Assembly (NCBI GenBank): GCA_040954595.2
Contig: CM082592.2
Span: 5,231,015-5,295,014, forward strand
Reading direction: 5' to 3'
DNA from: Balanoglossus misakiensis
Lineage: Eukaryota > Animalia > Hemichordata
DNA length: 64,000 bases
Shown in pieces: positions 1 through 13,460 of the stretch. The translations under genes and the position numbers were made by a program. The notes under the pieces were generated by a model. It searched no databases and was not told where the DNA came from. It saw only the letters and a list, made by a program, of their open reading frames with translations. Positions within the stretch are counted from its first letter, which is position 1. Every line of letters starts with the position of its first letter.

Positions 1-216
1 TGAGAAACACATCAAGGAATTCATAAACTGTATCATTCAGAGATGGTGCTTATAGGCACTAATTATATCGTTCATACTGGTTCTGAGCGTGCATGTGACA
101 ACACAGCAATTCTCCATTACAGTACAAAGTTTCTCAATCAAAGTCTGCAACATTTCAGGATTCTGTGAAGATTCCAGAACATCTTAACAGAACTGAGTAC
201 AACCAATCACACTTAC

Positions 217-3200
217 TGGAGCAAACGGTTTCGCTTGAGGATTTAACTTGAACTCCTTGGCCTCTGGATTCAGCTTGGATTTCTTGGTTACACTGCAACA
301 GAAGAAAGCAATTTTTTTTAAACAGAAATCACAAACATTTCGTTTCTACCAAATTATTTTCAAATTCTAAAAAAAAATTCCGTTCCCCAGCTATTGCTGT
401 GAAATTAACTCGACTACAGTGAGTGACATACAGTAACTCCAGTGGAACATCAACAAACTGAAATTAATGATGGGTGATAACACCCATGTAATGTTAGCGT
501 CGTCAAATACACACCGGCTATTTTTAGGACATGTAAGTGATGGCGTGCAGAAGCCATGGAACGCACGCGGTAAAATTTATGGCAGCTTTGGCTGAGCTGG
601 TGATCAGTGTGATTTATCCATTTACATTCTGTTTGTGCTCTCTTCCAGAAATTACCACAGAATTCCCGAGGTAACTGAAGCCTGCTTTTGTGGAGATGTC
701 TAGATTGGAGGCCGCAGTCTTCACGAACCGATGATTATCACAACCTATACATCTATAGAATGATCTTCAAAAATGCGGGACATAAGACATCTGTCTTCAT
801 AACAGCTGCGGGCCAAGTTTAAATTTATGCATTTTTTTAAGTAGCGTGACAGCGCTCGGGTACAGTTGAGTCGCAGCAGGGAAAGCTAGCAGCAGTTTTA
901 TAATGAAATATCACGACCTTTATTGGTTGATTAATTGTGGGCAAAGGCATTGGTGATTACAGCTGTGGTAAAAACCAGGGTCACACTAACACAATTAATA
1001 CAATGGTCAAACAGCTGATCACCATTTTATCAGTCCAACCACAAAAAAACAAAACAAGAGACAACTTACTCGTCCACTTTCGGGTTCTCCTTATCCTTGC
1101 CCGTTGGGGGCACCGTCTTTGGTGACGGGGAATCTTTGGGAACATCTGTACTACTACTACTACTACTACTGGCAGTGGTCTCTACACTGGTTTCAGCAGG
1201 TTTCGCTTCCTTGTTCTCCTTGGGGTTTTCCGTCTCTGCTTCTTTGGCTTTCCCACTGGTCTCCGGTTCCTGCTGTTGGAAAGAGAAGAGGAGGGTTACT
1301 CCGAGATAGACAGCAATCCACCCAAGCAGAATTCAAGAGACCCAATTTCATATGTTTTTACAAAATATTATTCTGAGGCATGTACTCGGAGAGAAATAAA
1401 TGACATATGCAAGGTTTCAGAGTAAGTACTATGTTGAATGAGGAGAATATCACTTCATTACTGAACAAAGTGTAATTGTTTCTCACCTTCCGTTCACCAA
1501 TATTAAATTCTTTTGAAAATTTCTTCAGCTCTTCTTGAACTTCACTGCGTGCTGCAACAAAAGTTCACAAATCTAACCTTAGTACAATTTTCATTTATTT
1601 TATGACAACAGCAACTTCAAGAATTTTTTTGTCTCAGTACATCAAAAGAAAGCAACGATGGACCAAATTTCATAAATAACAGGACTAAGTTTCAATCAAA
1701 CTTACATTTGAGATTTTGTTTCTTCTCTAACGTATTAGCTACGGGACTATTCTCCGGCTGCTGCTGTGGCGACGCAGACTGTTGCTGCGCTTGTGACTGC
1801 GACGGCTGCGGCTGTTGGGCTTGCGGTGGCCCCTGAGCCACTGGCGCCTGCTGCTGTGGCGCAGCAACTGGCACGTTGGCTGCAACAGCTGGTTGTTGTG
1901 GTTGTGGTTGTGGTGGTGGTGGCGCGACTTGTGCAGGCGCTGGCACTGGATTACTGCTGCTAATACTCGAGGTAGGTGGTGGCTGGCTTGGGGGTTGTTT
2001 GCCGTCGGCCGGTGCGCCCCTGCCCCTGACCACGTCGCTAAGTTTCCTCCCGGTCTGGTACGCTGATGGTGGGCTGACACCTGGCGGGGTGTTCCTCCCG
2101 CCGTCCAACACTTTTCTGTCGGCCCTATCCACTGATTTGAGAAAATGCACAAACATTCATGTCATAAGAATGTGTTGACTGGGTGTCAAGTTAAAATTAT
2201 GATTTCCCAATACTGACACGGCAAAATTAGTCATATTCAAAGAAATCAGTCCAAAAAAATTTCATAACAAAATAACTTCAGATGGATTATGTTTTTGGAA
2301 TGAGTAAATGCAATAAAATTTACCTCCACCGTTGACATTCATTTGTACATTGTCCGGTGCGTGATGCTCTCTGTGCATATGTGGCTGAGGTCTGTTGTAT
2401 TGTGGTGGCCCTTGTGAAGATGGCTGGGGTCGCCCTCTGTACTGTGGTGGTCCAGGCTGACGATTCCTCAAAGCTGGAGGAACATACCTGTAAGAGGTGG
2501 GCAAGATATTTGTCTATAGAAATCCCAACGCCAAATGCCTAAATGCAAGACTAAGTGTTAAGATTTATAGACAAGTTAATTTCGTGACAAAACATATGTT
2601 CACTAGGAAGGAAAACCTGGCAGTGCCTTTTTTTTTCTTCTGAGAAACAACACTTTGCAAGATAACTGCTGTGTATAGCTGTAATGAATAGTGCATCTCT
2701 TAATTCAATCTCGGCCTGTCGCTTACTTGTTAGGCTGGTGTCCATGCATGTTGGGACCGCCGGGGGGCATGACCACAGTAGTATCACCGCTGTTGTTGGG
2801 TCTGTGCACGGCGCTGTATTTGTCCTCCTCGGTGCCGTCCTCCACCTCCTTGGCCTGCCGCGTCTTGTGCGCCGGGCTGGACTCGATCTCCTTGGCCAGT
2901 CTGGCCGCCTCCATCTCCCTCTCCTTGTACTCCTTGGTGTCCTTCTTCTCCAGCTCCGTGGTGTACTGTGATAAGTTTTCTTCGAACGTGGAGCTGACAC
3001 CGAATTTCGCCGTGTTGGTGCGGAACATGTCGTTCACGTCCCAACCGTTAGACTGCCAAGAGATGTGAACAGAGTTACAGACGGCACACAGCCATGCACA
3101 TTCAACATGTTCATTTGCGTACCAGTTCTGGAGTTCAAGCTTCAGTTCAAGCTTTCAGCAGTTATGAAACACAGCATACGACTTTAACCCTAAGTTAACC

Positions 3201-6200
3201 CAATGTGCATTTGCACATGGTGACAAAAACCAACCACTTGACTGTGCAAGAACTGCAACGAAAAATCATGTTATTTACTTACAGTTTCTGAATCTAGTGT
3301 GAGATCTTCAGGCTGAGTATCTCCTTGCCAGGGTTGTAAATCTCGTTCATTTATCTGACCATTCAGCTTGCTGCCACTAATCATTGAATCTGTAGCGAAG
3401 GAATCTGCAAGGCAATGGCATGACCAGAGGAAAATATTTATTATATTTATTGTTGTTGTTGTTGTTTACTAGTATAGTTCTTCTCCAAAAGTTGTAACAG
3501 AATAATTTTCTCATTTCATGCCCTTACGTGGGTTACATGTTTCATGGAACATTGTTATGTAGCTGAGAGATGAATTCTTCCCGTTGGAGAGTTTTATTCC
3601 GGTCAAGCATCAGCGAAAAAATCACGCCGGAATCAGACTGATCAGCGGGGACAAGAGCAGCTCATGCATGCAAGAACGGTAAATGTCAAACGGAAGCACT
3701 CTGCCCACACACACACTGGGTGGCTGGGTTTTACTGCGGGAATCCATGCATGTGAAATACATACGCGGCAAACATGGTGCTAGTACACAACCCTCGCAAC
3801 ATGACAGATGAACGACGTCTCTGTGGATCACGAGAGATTCCTGGTTTTCTTCAGATTTCTAAATTCAAAGCACTGTACTCGCCACATGTCCAGAAACGTA
3901 GAATTAAGTCCCAAATACAAATGACTGTTTAATGCTATCCCTTCTCCAGGGATGCAGAACTTAATTTTTTTTCCTGGAAGTAATTATCTGAATGCTTGTT
4001 TGCCAATGGTGATGGTGCATTCCCATTTTCCTGAATCACCATCAATATTCTTTGTTGGATAGCTGTGATTCCGATGAATGCACATGCAGGTCTTAAATGC
4101 ATATTTTTCCCCCCGAGTGAAGAAATCATGGTATTATCAAAATCTGAAGGAGCCTCTACATGGACATTTTTTTCCAACAATAATTCTGGATCACGGCAAG
4201 TATCACTATTCATGATAAATTTCGGTGTCCTCGTTAATTTTATTCACTGTCTGCTTCAAACAGACAATAGGATCCCCGACAATGTAGATATTCTGAACGA
4301 TACAATTCCTATTAGGCTGATGTCGTGAAGAACAAGACAAGTCCATTGTCATTTTGAGATGGGGAAAAAAGCCTTACAATAAAGAGATTTTGAGTGATAC
4401 GATTACTGTTGGGCTATTGTCATGACAAGACAGACAATTCCATTGTCATATTGAGAGAGAAAAAAAAAATCCCGGGCATCCAAGTAACTGCTTTCCACAT
4501 GAATGACTGCTCGTTTATTGAGGCTCTTTGCGATAACAAAGACCTGTCATTACCATCAGAATAGCTATTGTTTTCTACCATCCCTCTTTTCCCCCCTATT
4601 CCTGGAAGTGGCAAGCCCGTACAGGCCCCGAGAAGTTTAACTGCTAATCTCAAAGAGGTCGGCACACATTGTCGGCATACCTTTAGTTGCATAGTCAAGA
4701 TCGACATCTTCTGCTGTTAATGACACTATATCTTGAGCTTTGAGAATGATTTTGTCAATGATGTGTTCGCGTGTCGGAACTGCTGATGCTACATCGTGGT
4801 TGGCGATCTCGTCGTTAATTTTACTTGCCATTTCCAGCACAAACTCAGCCTGTGGGAGAAAAGGAAATTAAATTGTAAAATAAAATAAGATGCAGTTTGC
4901 AAAGACGGAGAAGAAAACATTAGGGTTTTGGTTGAGTGTAAAGTTGTGTGTGAAGAACCTGATTTTCCATTGAACCAGCATTTTCACAGTTGGTGATTTT
5001 TGCACGGAAAACACTTACCTTTGAGGAAGCTGTCCTAAATATTCCTTCATATTGACTTCCATTTTTAACTTGAATTTTCACACCACATCCCTGTTTGTAA
5101 GATAAAAATGTAAAACACTTAACCTTGCATATCTGGCCAATGTGTGTAATCATCAACACAAAGACATACACAGGGAAACATGCTTCAATCATCTTTCCTT
5201 GCCATGACACCATAACTCATCATATGTTGACACTACTGGCTGTCACAAACAAAATATTTATTATAAATTTTACTTCATATTTAACTTCATTACAAAAGCT
5301 TTCATTTGCAGGATTTGTATTTTGCATTTTCATATATATTTCATCTTCACATTCCAGAGTCAAAATCCCTTAAATGTAAGTGACGCCTACAAATCTGCAA
5401 CGTTTTGATCATGACATGCACCGAAAAATAAAATATTTACCAAAGATTATAGACCTGACTTCTTTACTTATAAGGTTTACAGGAGAAATAATCCCCATGG
5501 ATGAAGGCTGAGTTCTATACAGAGAACAATGCTAATGCCGTATTGATTTTTCACAGTTCTGTTTAATTAGTTGAGCAGGGAAATTGCTCTCCAGCTGACA
5601 CCAGTGTGATCAATCAATTAATATCACCACTCAAATTGATGTCAGCAAAATATTTAAATGTAAAATACACTAAATGCCGCCCCTATACTTTTCCTAATCC
5701 ACTGTCTGGTTTTACATATTGGGTAACTTGAAACTGCTGGGTGGTGCTGAGAAAATTCAAACCCTGATCACACACCTCAGTAATAGGTCAGGAGGAGCAA
5801 TGTTTGTTATTGCATGTCTCCTTCTCTCATCTACTGCAGTGAATGTGTAATTACACAAGAGCTTGTCACATCACCGCTTGTGTGAAAAGCCGAGACAAAC
5901 ACAAATTTGTCAATATGTCACGTACGAGAGCACCGCGCCAAAAGATGGCTTTTGGATCAGGCCTCTATTTCTCGTGGCCAAAAAAATGATCAAGCGATCA
6001 CGCTACACTGAGTATTTATAAATTAATGATGCTAAAGAAAACACCTGGCAGATACAGGGCCGCCCTGACATCTCACATTTACCATACACATGTACCACTG
6101 GGGATGGGGTATAGTTTTTACTAGCCGCACACCTACACATGCTAGCAACTAATTTGTCAAATATGGATGTACATTGTAGAGACCTTTACATCTGATAAAA

Positions 6201-9200
6201 TTAATTGATAACCAGATATCAATGGCAACACACACTTACAGAAAGACACACTTCACCAGTATTATAGCAGTGTACATTTCATTAAATTTAACACATTTTT
6301 TCAATAAATTGGATATAAATTCCACATGGCCATTCGGGATTACCGGTTAATTGATTTTTACTTGCAGCATTCCAATCTCTCTGAGCCTCTACACAAAGGT
6401 TTAAAACAAATATTCTTTTAAAAAATTCAGAATCTCAATAATTCCACAAATATACAACCAAATTCTTTTCCAATATATCATCACCAAACACCTTCTTAAT
6501 ATTCCATTAACAAACACTATCCATCGTAACAACCGGCGGCAATGAAAAAAAATACTAACGTCCTTCATTTCCCTAGTGAGTCATCTGCTGAAGAATTTCC
6601 ATAGCCTTGCTTCTATTATTTTTATTGTCTGATTTCAAGGACCCTCCCCAATGATAGGAGCTTAGATTAAAATTCACAGACAAACCAATTATAATCGACA
6701 CACTGCGGTGGATGAAGTCACCAAGATTTCTTAAATCCACCAGTTCAGGGCTGTTACATTGTAAATTTGATAATGCAATCACGAAGTAAATACCACCACA
6801 ATTCAACATAAATTGACAGTTGCGAAATTTCTATCAATATGTAAATTTATTTTGTGGTCTGGAGCATTACTAAATTTCCCCAATATTTACCAAGAGTCAA
6901 GTATGACTTTCTATTATCATACTGCTTTCAGAATTTTTTTTCCTGAGAAGCTAAACGCCTAAGCACGCTAAAATTCAATTTGTTTGCATGTCAAGAACAC
7001 TTCTATTTGCACATACATAAACAGTATATTAGCTTGCCATCGGTGAGGCGGCAATTTTGATGATTTATTTGTAAATTATTTAAATTGTCAAACAGTTTAT
7101 TCCCACTACATATTTTGTACAATATTTGTGTCCAATATTAAAAATATCTTTTTCTGTAAATTCATGATGTACTTACCGTTACAGCAGCTAATACATGACT
7201 AAAACGTGGATTGGAATATATTCCTTCAAAATTCTGAAAGTTGAAAAAAGGAAACAGAAAAATCTATTATTTATGTACATTTGATAAAATAATCTAATGT
7301 GAGATCTGTCTTGCAAGTGCTGCATGATTTTCTCTAGTGACATTGGTTGATTCATAGAAACGTTCAGTGAAAGGTCAGTCTGTTTATAATGCACCAAGGC
7401 CATGGTTCTTGGAAATGCTAAGTATGAAATGACCTGTGACCCTGTGCGAAAAGGTCGCCCTACTGTTAACTTTCGACTCACCGCAACTAACCCGACTCCT
7501 CTTTATGTAGGTCAAAACCCCCTCCATTTAAAAAAACAGCGTCACCGCACATGAGTGCACTCATTGCGAGGGCTTCTGAATCACACCCACACACAGGGAG
7601 TAGGTGGGAAGTGTGTGTCAGCTCTGGATGTATGACAGACAGAATCCTCACATTGATGAGGTGAGTCTGTCTCCAGTGTCAAGGATGTCATGTGAGTGCC
7701 CTCAAGACAAGACTAACACCCCATCCTTCCGCTTTCTCTCTCTCCCTCTCTCTTGAACGGAGTCAAGTAACGTCAGTCACTCATCATCACACATGGATTG
7801 CATACAGCGAGTCTCGGTTGCATCATCTTCCCACTCAAGTATCATTTCAAAGCGACTTACATGATTTGAAACTCTTTTGCTACGCAAGAGACATCATCAC
7901 TGGCTAGCAAACTGCAACCGTTTCACCCTCACAGAAAGATTTATCACATGTAATAAACACTCTGATTGTTGTCTGTTGGATTGAACTTGTGTGTACTTTT
8001 TCAACAAGGAAAGTTGGATAGCCTGGATACATAATGACCTTGACACCAATACCACCAACTTGGCCTTTGAGTAATCTGATTTGGCATCAGTTTACTTCAC
8101 AATTTCAGTTGGCCTTCACCCACTTTCCTCTAAATACAGGTTCAGTCTTTCCATACAGTAACATGAAAGAGCATCCACTATGAATCCCAAAGCCTGCATT
8201 TTCCCTGCAAATATTCCTTCCCCGCTCTCCCTGAATAATTAGACGTGCATGTAGTCAAGTAATCACTCATGGAAACGGAGTAAGACGAACAAGAACAATT
8301 TTCTCGGCAGCGTCTCAAGATGATCAATGGCGACGAGCAGACAGAATGTCTTATTCGAACAAAGCTACCCCCAATGATAAATTGCAGACCAGGGATTTCC
8401 TCTCTACTTGCAGATGGAATCATACCTACATAACAATGCAGAGAAAATGCGCAATCGAAATGGATACTTTGGATTGGAAAGAGTGGAGGGGATGGAGTAT
8501 GACAGCTGTACATACATCATAACTTACGGACTGAGCATTCTGCGACCCAGGTCCCTTGGTGCTGATATTGCCACGACCACCGCTCCTGCAAGAAGAACAG
8601 AATGAATACACAAAGAGGCGTTAGAAAACAGACGTCACAGCATTTTCATATCGTCATGTTGCACGATTGTAACTAATACAAGCAGGACACGGCAGTTTTT
8701 GACTTTCTTTCTTCTAATAAAGCATTTCATCATGTATGACATGAGCGTGATACCTAACAGTCGAATGGCATTTACCCAGAGGCCCTGTGAAGGTCAACCA
8801 TTTATACATCTTGCGGTTGGTTCAGCTAAACAGCTGAAATAATACCACAGCATTATATCCAACTGCCTGATTTCATAAAAAAACATCTCTTGCAAGCTCA
8901 TTTGACGATTCGTTCTCTGGGTTTACATATGTGCCAAATATAGATATGCGTCATATATTATGTACACTTTTCTGATGATATAAGCAATGCAGGTCAGACA
9001 AGTCCCCCAAGTGATATGCTCATTACGATATATTGTGTCGTTACGCTATCCTACACTCGCAGGGGCACACGCGTGCAATCCATCCGCCATTCGCGACCAG
9101 TAGCTGCTATAATATCAGACAACATAGGGTATAACCACCGATCCGGGTCGTGGCCTGCTAACATTTGGCTGCATAGACAGCGCCCAAAGTTACTGAACCT

Positions 9201-11698
9201 GTGTTCAGGGTCATACTTTTAACATTTCTACTGTGACATGTCACGAGATGAAAATGTAGTTGTCATAAAAAGCTGACATCATTAGAAAGAATGAATTAAA
9301 CTATCCTTTAAGCATATATTCTGTCATAAATTCTACAGTTCTACTGAAAACCCCACCTACCCTCAGTAGCATGTCTTTGTACCCATGTCCTCAAGGGACA
9401 GATAACTAAAGAAAGGGCAAAAATCATACACAAGGATCTACCAGATAGGCACTGGGAAGTGATCAAATTTGACAGCGAGGGAATTCCCTGACAAATTTGC
9501 ACTACCACTTTATTCCCTGAAGAGTTCACACAGCTGTGCAGGAATGGCTTTGAGCTCCATGCAGAAAGCAATCGCTCACGTTCTTGGTTCTTGGAAAGTG
9601 TCTGTTCAGTAAGCATATGAAGTCCAAGTCAGCTGAACACCAAAAATTAGGACAGGTTTTCTTAAAAATACTCTTACATATTATAAGCATGACCTGCATT
9701 CAACTCCAGCAGGATAAGAAGCTACTGCTCCAATGTGTGAGACTGACTATCTGTTTTGGTTTCGGAGATATTGTATGGTTTCCATTATGCTCTGATGACT
9801 GACAACTGTGGTTGCAGAAATGGCCACCTACTCCAGATCTTGAGAGATTGCAACAACTTCTTCAAAACTATTCCAACCTCTCCAAGAATTTTCCCTCCAA
9901 ATGTATGACAGATGGGCTGTCTGAGAACCCATTTGAGAACTTGGAGTGGCGACATGTGCTCAAGCTTGGTTTGAATTTTATAGAAGTCTTATCCTATAGT
10001 TCTGTTCCTGATTCGTATCAGCATCAAAATAAGTGATTCCTATCTTCCTTCCAGAGCCTGTAATCAGATTGCCCCTCTTGTGAAATAACCCACACACACC
10101 TAAAGTAAATTTGCCCCACTTTTGACTGTCATAACATGTATTGTACCTTGTATGCATCAACAACCACATTGAGAGGTCGCCTGCTGGGTTACTAACAAAG
10201 TTTGGTGATATTAAACCTGTTTGTGTTACCATGGAAACGATAATGATTAAAACAGAACCACATGCAATTTTTATACCAATTTGGGGGATTTTTTTGTGAT
10301 GAAATTTCCATGTCCATTTCCAATTATGAATCAATCTTTTGTCGAAGAAAGGGGCACTGGCTTGAAGCCAAAAAGGTGTGCATGTACATGAATTACAACA
10401 GAATCTTAGCTCGTCAAGTAAGTGGGAAAGACGGTGGAATTCATCGTCATTGAAAATTAATCTCAGCATAATCCAATCAGGGCATGTTTTCAAGCATCTC
10501 ACCACATAGAGAATGCTGGCTGGAAAAAAAATCCATATAAAGCCAGTCATATGATCACCAACAGCAAGTAGCAAACTGCCACTGTGTAGCAGATGGCATC
10601 AGATATTTCTCTTTGTTTAGATTGTGCAGTGATGAGTCTGGATAATTCATTTACTAAGAAACAATCCATAATGGACGTAACTGTAAACAATGTCAGCCCA
10701 ACTGCTACTTACTGTTTTACATACAGTGCAGCATGTACTATGTAGGAAAGAAATGTTTCTGGTATGTCATGGTTCATCAATTTCAATTTGGCGAGGGTCA
10801 GTCCGTGTCAAGGTCAGAACAAGAAAGAGACACCAGGCATGTCACTACTTGACTCAAGTGTCTTGAGGGATAGTGAATTGGTGTGTGTATTTAAGAAAAT
10901 CTATTCGACAACGACAGCAGTGGCCTTCAGCTACTGACAGAAATTCACTTCAAATAACATGAAATATTTTAATTTCATTTTATGGCAATTTCGTGACCAG
11001 GCGGAACACCTTTGTCGTTGTCTCATGAAAATAAAACATTTACAGCAGTGTGGAGACAGATCAATTTTATTGTTTCTTTGTTTCCATTCGATGTTGGATA
11101 ATTCGCGGACGTTCACTCGTGGATTACAGGCCTGGGTAACAGACTGCATTTTATTGGTGAGAGCACTTTCTATGTCGCCAGAATACCGCACCCGGTCAAG
11201 TGACCGATGTCCCATTCGCACCAACGAATGCCCAACAGTGTACTGGCAACACACCTGCCCCACTTCCTGTTTCAAAACTCACACAGACAACGGGATCTCG
11301 ACCCAGACGAAACTGTGAAAATATATCCACGCGATCGTCGAGTTTCCTGTCCCGTTAATACAGATCGACACGAAAACGAATCAAACCCCGAACGTGGCAT
11401 AAATGAAAACTACGTGGATTCGTTATTCCATGGTTGTGCCGTCGTCCATTTTGATTTGAACAGTTGAATTATTGTAGTCCACACAAAATGCCGGCACACG
11501 CTGACAACATCGTACTGCATTGGGTTTAATATATTTGTTAGATGTTACACCAAACAGAATATAATTTGGTTGATAATTCCGGTTAAAAAGTGTACGAAAA
11601 TGGAAATGAATGTAATTTTTTCGACAAATTTCTTACCTGCCGGCATTGGCTCTGGGATTCTTGCTCCTTGTTGGTCTACTCATCATCGAGTTCGACAT
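217..11698 (-). CDS. ATXN2: Ataxin-2 (Lsm, LsmAD, PAM2), 3'-partial; gene continues past the left window edge
   Basis: Phase-consistent GT-AG exons in transcription order: 11698-11637 (MSNSMMSRPTRSKNPRANAG, in-frame TAG upstream), 8585-8528, 7233-7177 (NFEGIYSNPRFSHVLAAVT), 5090-5019 (GCGVKIQVKNGSQYEGIFRTASSK, Lsm), 4849-4681, 3404-3283 (DSFATDSMIS...ERDLQPW), 3052-2727 (SNGWDVNDMFRTN...YTT...EAARLAKEIE...EEDKYSAV, LsmAD), 2487-2324, 2131-1706, 1551-1487 (EELKKFSKEF), 1272-1070, 292-217 (KSKLNPEAKEFKLNPQAKPFAP, PAM2). Confidence 0.95.
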
Positions 11699-13460
11699 TG
11701 CAGCCGTTAGCTACGTTACAGGCCATGCAGCGTAGGTTCTTCTTGATCCAAATAATGATCAGACAGTCATTGTGGCGACGGAAAATCCCTTAAAATTTCT
11801 GACACTGTCTTTTCGGCATAAGGGGTTTCGTAAAGGGGTAAAATCCGAGGTCAAAACAGAGAATCAAACCTGATCTCCAGGCACCAAAACACACCAAATT
11901 TTGGTAATGGCGCAATAATATAAACTATGGGATAGGGAATGATGGCATCACGCAATCGTGACAATTTAACTTCCCCCTGAACCGCGATTTCCTTCGGTAT
12001 TACCAGATAAGCATTTAAATAGTTACGAGCCTATATGGTAAAAACCAAGAAAAATATGAAAATTGCAATAAGAACATAAAAATTGTACAGCTCTATATTC
12101 TTCGATTAACTATACAGCCTTGAAAAGTGAGTGCACAGGCTCAATGGTGCACGGCTGCACATTGAGAAATGTTGGGAGAATTGAAATGTAATCAATATAA
12201 ATTAACATTTCAAGGCTTCATAAGAGAATGCCATCGAAGTTCGAGAGAAAGAATGAACAGTAACCCCCGAAATTAACAAAATTGGGGGTTAATAAATGGT
12301 CACTTGGACTTAAGGCTTTGTAGAAGTCCTAAGATATCGAAATAATTAATAGCTGTACAGCATACATTGGGCATCGTATGTACAGTACAGCGCGCCGGTA
12401 GAATTACCATGTGGCCAAGCGGTCATAATTTTCGGCATGCTCCTAGACAATTCAGTTTCATAACAATATATAAACATTCTGGTATTATGTCAAAGATACG
12501 TGTCCATTTATGTTGATTTTACTACACGCGAATTTATAATCGCTTTCTCTGACTTTCTCCTTACAACAACCTTCACCCAGAATTCCCCCTGCCACCGGTT
12601 TCTCTGATGCCGGCCATGTGGTGGCGTATACAAACCAAAACACCGGCCTGCAATGCACATGTAGAGAATGGTGAAGCCTTATGACGAATATGAAATTATA
12701 CATGAATGTGTGGGACAAACGGTTTTATATAGGTGGGGAAAATGAGATCCGGCTATACACAGTGGTCAAGGACAGTTGGGCTTTGTATCGGATAGAGCAA
12801 AGTTGGAAGTGTACCCAAAAGAGAGGCCAGTTTCAGGAATATATTGAGACATGATGAAAATTGAAACTCACGTTTCAACTTATCAATCTAAATCTGCCTT
12901 TGACAAGGAGACCCCCCCCCCCCCGGGGGAGACCCAAGGGCAGATCATGATGCAATCCCTTTATACCGGTACATAGAGTCCATTACGCACTTTTATTACA
13001 GAGAGTATATTTTTACAGAGTCCATAATGTACATTTATTGAAGGAAAATAATTGTATTTTATGCAGATTTCAATATTTTTTACTAACACATTCTCTTGAT
13101 ATGCATTCTCTTAATTCTCAACTGATTCTCAATTCCCGTGTGTTTCCACTCAATTCTCAACAGAGTCTCAATGTTCTCGATGTGTATGAAGTATATATAC
13201 CACCAACAATCAGAATGGAAATAACATCACTTCTGTTCATTCATAACCAAAAAAGAGTAGTTACGAAGCTTGTCTGGTACGAAAGTGATAAAGTTCAATC
13301 AGCTGCACGTTCTTGTTCTACGGTACAAACCATGACATGATGAAAATATCTGCAGTAAGATGTCTGCTTGACTGTTAACACAGAATATTTACGATTGTTT
13401 GTTCACAGTGTAGGAGTAATCTTGTAAATGAGAACACCATGCCACTGTCCCTTTAAGAAC

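Noticed and set aside
1739-3068. Multiple overlapping alternative-frame and antisense ORFs
   Set aside because: Shadows of GC-rich, low-complexity ataxin-2 exons.
7478-7560. Strong minus-strand donor (GCG|GTGAGT) in ataxin-2 intron 2 as a possible extra exon
   Set aside because: The frame needed to join the next exon has a nearby stop, and the ATG-led frame ends in the wrong phase. A non-coding or poison exon cannot be supported without RNA data.
12575-12855. GC-balanced intergenic patch that looked coding
   Set aside because: All three plus frames are interrupted by stops and no family was recognised.
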